This document shows positions 25,624 to 37,571 of a DNA stretch of 64,000 nucleotides, piece by piece. The stretch comes from Auanema rhodensis. Lineage: Eukaryota > Animalia > Nematoda. Both the position numbers and the translations under genes were made by a program. The notes under the pieces are model-generated. The model was not told the origin of the DNA. It ran no database searches and saw only the letters and a list, made by a program, of their open reading frames with translations. The DNA is taken from positions 18,476,001 to 18,540,000 of the forward strand of contig OZ059899.1 in the NCBI GenBank assembly GCA_964057225.1, given 5' to 3'. The first letter of the stretch is position 1. Each line of letters starts with the position of its first letter.

Positions 25624-28600
25624 ATGCCTTAGTGTATGTTGAGTTTCCATGTACACTCAACATTGCTTCCAAAAACATTTTGACAAAAATTTTTTCGAAA
25701 AATTTCAAAATAATTTAGCAAAAAGTAGATGTTTTTAGATTCCTTTTTTCAAGGCAAAGACGATGGACAATGTTATTCAACGAAAAAATTAATTCTTCAG
25801 GGTGAAAATCGAGGATATAAGTGTGAACTTATATCAGTTGATATCTCGGTGCATTTTTAAGCTAGCGCAAATCTGATAACACAGATCGACGCAGCTTAAA
25901 AATCCGCATCGAATGCACTATACTACATTGAGAAACGCTTAATACAAAAATTAGTTATGATCGTTTGAAAAATGATGCATTAGTGTATGTTGAGTTTCCA
26001 TGTACACTCAACATTGCTTCCAAAAACATTTTGACAAAAATTTTTTCGAAAAATTTCAAGATAATTTAGCAAAAAGTAGATGTTTTTAGATTCTTTTTTT
26101 CAAGGCAAAGACGATGAACAATGTTATTCAACGAAAAAATTAATTCTTCAGGGTGAAAATCGAGGATATAAGTGTGAACTTATATCAGTTGATATCTCGG
26201 TGCATTTTTAAGCTAGCGCAAATCTAATAATACAGATCGACGCAGCTTAAAAATCCGCATCGAATGCACTATACTACATTGAGAAACGCTTAATACAAAA
26301 ATTAGTTATGATCGTTTGAAAAATGATGCCTTAGTGTATGTTGAGTTTCCATGTACACTCAACATTGCTTCCAAAAACATTTTGACAAAAATTTTTTCGA
26401 AAAATTTCAAAATAATTTAGCAAAAAGTAGATGTTTTTAGATTCCTTTTTTCAAGGCAAAGACGATGGACAATGTTATTCAACGAAAAAATTAATTCTTC
26501 AGGGTGAAAATCGAGGATATAAGTGTGAACTTATATCAGTTGATATCTCGGTGCATTTTTAAGCTAGCGCAAATCTGATAACACAGATCGACGCAGCTTA
26601 AAAATCCGCATCGAATGCACTATACTACATTGAGAAACGCTTAATACAAAAATTAGTTATGATCGTTTGAAAAATGATGCATTAGTGTATGTTGAGTTTC
26701 CATGTACACTCAACATTGCTTCCAAAAACATTTTGACAAAAATTTTTTCGAAAAATTTCAAGATAATTTAGCAAAAAGTAGATGTTTTTAGATTCTTTTT
26801 TTCAAGGCAAAGACGATGAACAATGTTATTCAACGAAAAAATTAATTCTTCAGGGTGAAAATCGAGGATATAAGTGTGAACTTATATCAGTTGATATCTC
26901 GGTGCATTTTTAAGCTAGCGCAAATCTAATAATACAGATCGACGCAGCTTAAAAATCCGCATCGAATGCACTATACTACATTGAGAAACGCTTAATACAA
27001 AAATTAGTTATGATCGTTTGAAAAATGATGCCTTAGTGTATGTTGAGTTTCCATGTACACTCAACATTGCTTCCAAAAACATTTTGACAAAAATTTTTTC
27101 GAAAAATTTCAAAATAATTTAGCAAAAAGTAGATGTTTTTAGATTCCTTTTTTCAAGGCAAAGACGATGGACAATGTTATTCAACGAAAAAATTAATTCT
27201 TCAGGGTGAAAATCGAGGATATAAGTGTGAACTTATATCAGTTGATATCTCGGTGCATTTTTAAGCTAGCGCAAATCTGATAACACAGATCGACGCAGCT
27301 TAAAAATCCGCATCGAATGCACTATACTACATTGAGAAACGCTTAATACAAAAATTAGTTATGATCGTTTGAAAAATGATGCATTAGTGTATGTTGAGTT
27401 TCCATGTACACTCAACATTGCTTCCAAAAACATTTTGACAAAAATTTTTTCGAAAAATTTCAAGATAATTTAGCAAAAAGTAGATGTTTTTAGATTCTTT
27501 TTTTCAAGGCAAAGACGATGAACAATGTTATTCAACGAAAAAATTAATTCTTCAGGGTGAAAATCGAGGATATAAGTGTGAACTTATATCAGTTGATATC
27601 TCGGTGCATTTTTAAGCTAGCGCAAATCTAATAATACAGATCGACGCAGCTTAAAAATCCGCATCGAATGCACTATACTACATTGAGAAACGCTTAATAC
27701 AAAAATTAGTTATGATCGTTTGAAAAATGATGCCTTAGTGTATGTTGAGTTTCCATGTACACTCAACATTGCTTCCAAAAACATTTTGACAAAAATTTTT
27801 TCGAAAAATTTCAAAATAATTTAGCAAAAAGTAGATGTTTTTAGATTCCTTTTTTCAAGGCAAAGACGATGGACAATGTTATTCAACGAAAAAATTAATT
27901 CTTCAGGGTGAAAATCGAGGATATAAGTGTGAACTTATATCAGTTGATATCTCGGTGCATTTTTAAGCTAGCGCAAATCTGATAACACAGATCGACGCAG
28001 CTTAAAAATCCGCATCGAATGCACTATACTACATTGAGAAACGCTTAATACAAAAATTAGTTATGATCGTTTGAAAAATGATGCATTAGTGTATGTTGAG
28101 TTTCCATGTACACTCAACATTGCTTCCAAAAACATTTTGACAAAAATTTTTTCGAAAAATTTCAAGATAATTTAGCAAAAAGTAGATGTTTTTAGATTCT
28201 TTTTTTCAAGGCAAAGACGATGAACAATGTTATTCAACGAAAAAATTAATTCTTCAGGGTGAAAATCGAGGATATAAGTGTGAACTTATATCAGTTGATA
28301 TCTCGGTGCATTTTTAAGCTAGCGCAAATCTAATAATACAGATCGACGCAGCTTAAAAATCCGCATCGAATGCACTATACTACATTGAAAAACGCTTAAT
28401 ACAAAAATTAGTTATGATCGTTTGAAAAATGATGCCTTAGTGTATGTTGAGTTTCCATGTACACTCAACATTGCTTCCAAAAACATTTTGACAAAAATTT
28501 TTTCGAAAAATTTCAAAATAATTTAGCAAAAAGTAGATGTTTTTAGATTCCTTTTTTCAAGGCAAAGACGATAGACAATGTTATTCAACGAAAAAATTAA

Positions 28601-29133
28601 TTCTTCAGGGTGAAAATCGAGGATATAAGTGTGAACTTATATCAGTTGATATCTCGGTGCATTTTTAAGCTAGCGCAAATCTGATAACACAGATCGACGC
28701 AGCTTAAAAATCCGCATCGAATGCACTATACTACATTGAGAAACGCTTAATACAAAAATTAGTTATGATCGTTTGAAAAATGATGCATTAGTGTATGTTG
28801 AGTTTCCATGTACACTCAACATTGCTTCCAAAAACATTTTGACAAAAATTTTTTCGAAAAATTTCAAGATAATTTAGCAAAAAGTAGATGTTTTTAGATT
28901 CTTTTTTTCAAGGCAAAGACGATGAACAATGTTATTCAACGAAAAAATTAATTCTTCAGGGTGAAAATCGAGGATATAAGTGTGAACTTATATCAGTTGA
29001 TATCTCGGTGCATTTTTAAGCTAGCGCAAATCTAATAATACAGATCGACGCAGCTTAAAAATCCGCATCGAATGCACTATACTACATTGAGAAACGCTTA
29101 ATACAAAAATTAGTTATGATCGTTTGAAAAATG
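25624..29133. repeat. Dimer (702 bp) higher-order repeat, 5 copies
   Basis: Strict alternation of GCC/AAAAT/GGAC/CTGATAAC monomers with GCA/AAGAT/GAAC/CTAATAAT monomers. Confidence 0.88.
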
Positions 29134-31239
29134 ATGCCTTAGTGTATGTTGAGTTTCCATGTACACTCAACATTGCTTCCAAAAACATTTTGACAAAAAT
29201 TTTTTCGAAAAATTTCAAAATAATTTAGCAAAAAGTAGATGTTTTTAGATTCCTTTTTTCAAGGCAAAGACGATGGACAATGTTATTCAACGAAAAAATT
29301 AATTCTTCAGGGTGAAAATCGAGGATATAAGTGTGAACTTATATCAGTTGATATCTTGGTGCATTTTTAAGCTATCGCAAATCTGATAACACAGATCGAC
29401 GCAGCTTAAAAATCCGCATCGAATGCACTATACTACATTGAGAAACGCTTAATACAAAATTTAGTTATGATCGTTTGAAAAATGATGCATTAGTGTATGT
29501 TGAGTTTCCATGTACACTGAACATTGCTTCCAAAAACATTTTGACAAAAATTTTTTCAAAAAATTTCAAAATAATTTAGCAAAAAGTAGATGTTTTTAGA
29601 TTCCTTTTTTCAAGGCAAAGACGATGGACTTTGTTATTCAACGAAAAAATTAATTCTTCAGGGTGAAAATCGAGGATATAAGTGTGAACTTATATCAGTT
29701 GATATCTCGGTGCATTTTTAAGCTAGCGCAAATCTAATAATACAGATCGACGCAGCTTAAAAATCCGCATCGAATGCACTATACTACATTGAGAAACGCT
29801 TAATACAAAAATTAGTTATGATCGTTTGAAAAATGATGCCTTAGTGTATGTTGAGTTTCCATGTACACTCAACATTGCTTCCAAAAACATTTTGACAAAA
29901 ATTTTTTCGAAAAATTTCAAAATAATTTAGCAAAAAGTAGATGTTTTTAGATTCCTTTTTTCAAGGCAAAGACGATGGACAATGTTATTCAACGAAAAAA
30001 TTAATTCTTCAGGGTGAAAATCGAGGATATAAGTGTGAACTTATATCAGTTGATATCTCGGTGCATTTTTAAGCTAGCGCAAATCTGATAACACAGATCG
30101 ACGCAGCTTAAAAATCCGCATCGAATGCACTATACTACATTGAGAAACGCTTAATACAAAAATTAGTTATGATCGTTTGAAAAATGATGCCTTAGTGTAT
30201 GTTGAGTTTCCATGTACACTCAACATTGCTTCCAAAAACATTTTGACAAAAATTTTTTCGAAAAATTTCAAAATAATTTAGCGAAAAGTAGATGTTTTTA
30301 GATTCCTTTTTACAAGGCAAAGACGATGGACAATGTTATTCAACGAAAAAATTAATTCTTCAGGGTGAAAATCGAGGATATAAGTGTGAACTTATATCAG
30401 TTGATATCTCGGTGCATTTTTAAGCTAGCGCAAATCTGATAACACAGATCGACGCAGCTTAAAAATCCGCATCGAATGCACTATACTACATTGAGAAACG
30501 CTTAATACAAAATTTAGTTATGATCGTTTGAAAAATGATGCATTAGTGTATGTTGAGTTTCCATGTACACTGAACATTGCTTCCAAAAACATTTTGACAA
30601 AAATTTTTTCAAAAAATTTCAAAAAAATTTAGCAAAAAGTAGATGTTTTTAGATTCCTTTTTTCAAGGCAAAGACGATGAACAATGTTATTCAACGAAAA
30701 AATTAATTCTTCAGGGTGAAAATCGAGGATATAAGTGTGAACTTATATCAGTTGATATCTCGGTGCATTTTTAAGCTAGCGCAAATCTAATAATACAGAT
30801 CGACGCAGCTTAAAAATCCGCATCGAATGCACTATACTACATTGAGAAACGCTTAATACAAAAATTAGTTATGATCGTTTGAAAAATGATGCCTTAGTGT
30901 ATGTTGAGTTTCCATGTACACTCAACATTGCTTCCAAAAACATTTTGACAAAAATTTTTTCGAAAAATTTCAAAATAATTTAGCAAAAAGTAGATGTTTT
31001 TAGATTCCTTTTTTCAAGGCAAAGACGATGGACAATGTTATTCAACGAAAAAATTAATTCTTCAGGGTGAAAATCGAGGATATAAGTGTGAACTTATATC
31101 AGTTGATATCTCGGTGCATTTTTAAGCTAGCGCAAATCTGATAACACAGATCGACGCAGCTTAAAAATCCGCATCGAATGCACTATACTACATTGAGAAA
31201 CGCTTAATACAAAATTTAGTTATGATCGTTTGAAAAATG

Positions 31240-31955
31240 ATGCATTAGTGTATGTTGAGTTTCCATGTACACTGAACACTCAACATTGCTTCCAAAAACA
31301 TTTTTACAAAAATTTTTCCGGAAAATTTCGAAATAATTTCGCAGAAAGTAGATGTTTTTAGATTCCTTTTTCCAAGGCAAAGACGATGGACAATGTTATT
31401 CAACGAAAAAATTAATTCTGCAGGGTGAAAATCGAGGATATAAGTGTGAACTTATATTAGTTGATATCTCGGTGCATTTTTAAACTAGCGCAAATCTGAT
31501 AACACAGATCGACGCAGCTTAAAAATCCGCATCGAATGCACTATACTACATTGAGAAACGTTTAATACAAAATTTAGTTATGATCGTTTGAAAAATGATG
31601 CATTAGTGTATGTTGAGTTTCCATGTACACTGAACACTCAACATTGCTTCCAAAAACATTTTTACAAAAATTTTTCCGGAAAATTTCGAAATAATTTCGC
31701 AGAAAGTAGATGTTTTTAGATTCCTTTTTCCAAGGCAAAGACGATGGACAATGTTATTCAACGAAAAAATTAATTCTGCAGGGTGAAAATCGAGGATATA
31801 AGTGTGAACTTATATTAGTTGATATCTCGGTGCATTTTTAAACTAGCGCAAATCTGATAACACAGATCGACGCAGCTTAAAAATCCGCATCGAATGCACT
31901 ATACTACATTGAGAAACGTTTAATACAAAAATTAGTTATGATCGTTTGAAAAATG
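31240..31955. repeat. Pair of 358-bp variant monomers (7-bp duplication ACACTGA-ACACTCA)
   Basis: ACACTGAACACTCAACAT at 31269. The downstream phase shifts by +14. Confidence 0.95.
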
Positions 31956-34900
31956 ATGCATTAGTGTATGTTGAGTTTCCATGTACACTCAACATTGCTT
32001 CCAAAAACATTTTGACAAAAATTTTTTCGAAAAATTTCAGAATATTTTAGCAAAAAATAGTTGTTTTTAGATTCCTTTTTTCAAGGCAAAGACGATGGAC
32101 AATGTTATTCAACGAAAAAATTAATTATGCAGGGTGAAAATCGAGGATATAAGTGTGAACTTATATCAGTTGATATCTCGGTGCATTTTTAAGCTAGCGC
32201 AAATCTGATAACACAGATCGACGCAGCTTAAAAATCCGCATCGAATGCACTATACTACATTGAGAAACGCTTAATACAAAAATTAGTTATGATCGTTTGA
32301 AAAATGATGCATTAGTGTATGTTGAGTTTCCATGTACACTCAACATTGCTTCCAAAAACATTTTTACAAAAATTTTTCCGGAAAATTTCGAAACAATTTC
32401 GCAAAAAGTAGATGTTTTTAGATTCCTTTTTTCAAGGCAAAGACGATGGACAATGTTATTCAACGAAAAAATTAATTCTGCAGGGTGAAAATCGAGGATA
32501 TAAGTGTGAACTTATATCAGTTGATATCTCGGTGCATTTTTAAGCTAGCGCAAATCTGATAACACAGATCGACGCAGCTTAAAAAGCCGCATCGAATGCA
32601 CTATACAACATTGAGAAACGCTTAATACAAAAATTAGTTATGATCGTTTGAAAAATGATGCATTAGTGTATGTTGAGTTTCCATGTACACTCAACATTGC
32701 TTCCAAAAACATTTTTACAAAAATTTTTCCGGAAAATTTCGAAACAATTTCGCAAAAAGTAGATGTTTTTAGATTCCTTTTTTCAAGGCAAAGACGATGG
32801 ACAATGTTATTCAACGAAAAAATTAATTCTGCAGGGTGAAAATCGAGGATATAAGTGTGAACTTATATCAGTTGATATCTCGGTGCATTTTTAAGCTAGC
32901 GCAAATCTGATAACACAGATCGACGCAGCTTAAAAATCCGCATCGAATGCACTATACTACATTGAGAAACGCTTAATACAAAAATTAGTTATGATCGTTT
33001 GAAAAATGATGCATTAGTGTATGTTGAGTTTCCATGTACACTCAACATTGCTTCCAAAAACATTTTTACAAAAATTTTTCCGAAAAATTTCGAAACAATT
33101 TCGCGAAAAGTAGATGTTTTTAGATTCCTTTTTTCAAGGCAAAGACGATGGACATTGTTATTCAACGAAAAAATTAATTCTGCAGGGTGAAAATCGAGGA
33201 TATAAGTGTGAACTTATATCAGTTGATATCTCGGTGCATTTTTAAGTTAGCGCAAATCTGATAACACAGATCGACGCAGCTTAGAAATCCGCATCGAATG
33301 CACTATACTACATTGAGAAACGCTTAATACAAAAATTAGTTATGATCGTTTGAAAAATGATGCATTAGTGTATGTTGAGTTTCCATGTACACTCAACATT
33401 GCTTCCAAAAACATTTTTACAAAAATTTTTCCGAAAAATTTCGAAATAATTTCGCAGAAAGTAGATGTTTTTAGATTCCTTTTTTCAAGGCAAAGACGAT
33501 GGACATTGTTATTCAACGAAAAAATTAATTCTGCAGGGTGAAAATCGAGGATATAAGTGTGAACTTATATTAGTTGATATCTCGGTGCATTTTTAAGCTA
33601 GCGCAAATCTGATAACACAGATCGACGCAGCTTAAAAATCCGCATCGAATGCACTATACTACATTGAGAAACGCTTAATACAAAAATTAGTTATGATCGT
33701 TTGAAAAAAGACGCATTAGTGTATGTTGAGTTTCCATGTACACTCAACATTGCTTCCAAAAACATTTTGACAAAAATTTTTTCGAAAAATTTCAGAATAT
33801 TTTAGCAAAAAATAGTTGTTTCTAGATTCCTTTTCTCAAGGCAAAGACGATGGACAATGTTATTCAACGAAAAAATTAATTCTGCAGGGTGAAAATCGAG
33901 GATTTAAGTGTGAACTTATATCAGTTGATATCTCGGTGAATTTTTAAGCTAGCGCAAATCTGATAAAACAGATCGACGCAGCTTAAAAATCCGCATCGAA
34001 TGCACTATACAACATTGAGAAACGCTTAATACAAAAATTAGTTATGATCGTTTGAAAAAAGACGCATTAGTGTATGTTGAGTTTCCATGTACACTCAACA
34101 TTGCTTCCAAAAACATTTTTACAAAAATTTTTCCGAAAAATTTCGAAACAATTTCGCAAAAGGTAGATGTTTTTAGATTCCTTTTTTCAAGGCAAAGACG
34201 ATGGACATTGTTATTCAACGAAAAAATTAATTCTGCAGGGTGAAAATCGAGGATATAAGTGTGAACTTATATCAGTTGATATCTCGGTGCATTTTTAAGG
34301 TAGCGCAAATCTGATAACACAGATCGACGCAGCTTAAAAATCCGCATCGAATGCACTATACAACATTGAGAAACGCTTAATACAAAAATTAGTTATGATC
34401 GTTTGAAAAATGATGCATTAGTGTATGTTGAGTTTCCATGTACACTCAACATTGCTTTCAAAAACATTTTGACAAAAATTTTTCCGAAAAATTTCAAAAT
34501 AATTTCCCAAAAAGTAGATGTTTTTAGATTCCTTTTTTCAAGGCAAAGACGATGGACAAAGTTATTCAACGAAAAAATTAATTCTGCAGGGTGAAAATCG
34601 AGGATATAAGTGTGAACTTATATCAGTTGATATTTCGGTGCATTTTTAAGCTAGCGCAAATCTGATAACACAGATCGACGCAGCTTAAAAATCCGCATCG
34701 AATGCACTATACTACATTGAAAAACGCTTAATACAAAAATTAGTTATGATCGTTTGAAAAAAGATGCATTAGTGTATGTTGAGTTTCCATGTATACTCAA
34801 CATTGCTTCCAAAAACATTTTGACAAAAATTTTTCCGAAAAATTTCAAAATAATTTCGCAAAAAGTAGATGTTTTTAGATTTCTTTTTTCAAGGCAAAGA

Positions 34901-37571
34901 CGATGGACAATTTTATTCAACGAAAAAATTAATTCTCCAGGGTGAAAATCGAGGATATAAGTGTGAACTTATATCAGTTGATATCTCGGTGCATTTTTAA
35001 GCTAGCGCAAATCTGATAACACAGATCGACGCAGCTTAAAAATCCGCATCGAATGCACTATACTACATTGAGAAACGCTTAATACAAAAATTAGTTATGA
35101 TCGTTTGAAAAATGATGCATTAGTGTATGTTGAGTTTCCATGTACACTCAACATTGCTTCCAAAAACATTTTGACAAAAATTTTTTCGAAAAATTTCAGA
35201 ATATTTTAGCAAAAAATAGTTGTTTTTAGATTCCTTTTCTCAAGGCAAAGACGATGGACAATGTTATTCAACGAAAAAATTAATTCTGCAGGGTGAAAAT
35301 CGAGGATATAAGTGTAAACTTATATCAGTTGATATCTCGGTGCATTTTTAAGCTAGCGCAAATCTGATAACACAGATCGACGCAGCTTAAAAATTCGCAT
35401 TGAATGCACTATACTACATTGAGAAACGCTTAATACAAAAATTAGTTATGATCGTTTGAAAAATGATGCATTAGTGTATGTTGAGTTTCCATGTACACTC
35501 AACATTGCTTCCAAAAACATTTTGACAAAAATTTTTTCGAAAAATTTCAAAATAATTTAGCAAAAAGTAGATGTTTTTAGATTCCTTTTTTCAAGGCAAA
35601 GACGATGGACAATGTTATTCAACGAAAAAATTAATTCTTCAGGGTGAAAATCGAGGATATAAGTGTGAACTTATATCAGTTGATATCTTGGTGCATTTTT
35701 AAGCTATCGCAAATCTGATAACACAGATCGACGCAGCTTAAAAATCCGCATCGAATGCACTATACTACATTGAGAAACGCTTAATACAAAATTTAGTTAT
35801 GATCGTTTGAAAAATGATGCATTAGTGTATGTTGAGTTTCCATGTACACTGAACATTGCTTCCAAAAACATTTTGACAAAAATTTTTTCAAAAAATTTCA
35901 AAATAATTTAGCAAAAAGTAGATGTTTTTAGATTCCTTTTTTCAAGGCAAAGACGATGGACTTTGTTATTCAACGAAAAAATTAATTCTTCAGGGTGAAA
36001 ATCGAGGATATAAGTGTGAACTTATATCAGTTGATATCTCGGTGCATTTTTAAGCTAGCGCAAATCTAATAATACAGATCGACGCAGCTTAAAAATCCGC
36101 ATCGAATGCACTATACTACATTGAGAAACGCTTAATACAAAAATTAGTTATGATCGTTTGAAAAATGATGCCTTAGTGTATGTTGAGTTTCCATGTACAC
36201 TCAACATTGCTTCCAAAAACATTTTGACAAAAATTTTTTCGAAAAATTTCAAAATAATTTAGCAAAAAGTAGATGTTTTTAGATTCCTTTTTTCAAGGCA
36301 AAGACGATGGACAATGTTATTCAACGAAAAAATTAATTCTTCAGGGTGAAAATCGAGGATATAAGTGTGAACTTATATCAGTTGATATCTCGGTGCATTT
36401 TTAAGCTAGCGCAAATCTGATAACACAGATCGACGCAGCTTAAAAATCCGCATCGAATGCACTATACTACATTGAGAAACGCTTAATACAAAAATTAGTT
36501 ATGATCGTTTGAAAAATGATGCCTTAGTGTATGTTGAGTTTCCATGTACACTCAACATTGCTTCCAAAAACATTTTGACAAAAATTTTTTCGAAAAATTT
36601 CAAAATAATTTAGCGAAAAGTAGATGTTTTTAGATTCCTTTTTACAAGGCAAAGACGATGGACAATGTTATTCAACGAAAAAATTAATTCTTCAGGGTGA
36701 AAATCGAGGATATAAGTGTGAACTTATATCAGTTGATATCTCGGTGCATTTTTAAGCTAGCGCAAATCTGATAACACAGATCGACGCAGCTTAAAAATCC
36801 GCATCGAATGCACTATACTACATTGAGAAACGCTTAATACAAAATTTAGTTATGATCGTTTGAAAAAAGATGCATTAGTGTATGTTGAGTTTCCATGTAT
36901 ACTCAACATTGCTTCCAAAAACATTTTGACAAAAATTTTTCCGAAAAATTTCAAAATAATTTCGCAAAAAGTAGATGTTTTTAGATTTCTTTTTTCAAGG
37001 CAAAGACGATGAACAATGTTATTCAACGAAAAAATTAATTCTTTAGGGTGAAAATCGAGGATATAAGTGTGAACTTATATCAGTTGATATCTCGGTGCAT
37101 TTTTAAGCTAGCGCAAATCTAATAATACAGATCGACGCAGCTTAAAAATCCGCATCGAATGCACTATACTACATTGAGAAACGCTTAATACAAAAATTAG
37201 TTATGATCGTTTGAAAAATGATGCCTTAGTGTATGTTGAGTTTCCATGTACACTCAACATTGCTTCCAAAAACATTTTGACAAAAATTTTTTTGAAAAAT
37301 TTCAAAATAATTTAGCAAAAAGTAGATGTTTTTAGATTCCTTTTTTCAAGGCAAAGACGATGGACAATGTTATTCAACGAAAAAATTAATTCTTCAGGGT
37401 GAAAATCGAGGATATAAGTGTGAACTTATATCAGTTGATATCTCGGTGCATTTTTAAGCTAGCGCAAATCTGATAACACAGATCGACGCAGCTTAAAAAT
37501 CCGCATCGAATGCACTATACTACATTGAGAAACGCTTAATACAAAATTTAGTTATGATCGTTTGAAAAATG

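Larger units (their letters stand above)
1..31239. repeat. Subfamily A domain (89 monomers, all 351 bp)
   Basis: Monomers carry TTTTGACA, ATTTAGC and TC(/T)TTCAGG. No CTGCAG was seen, and the ORF track is empty here because of the in-frame TAG at monomer offset 93-95. Confidence 0.92.
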
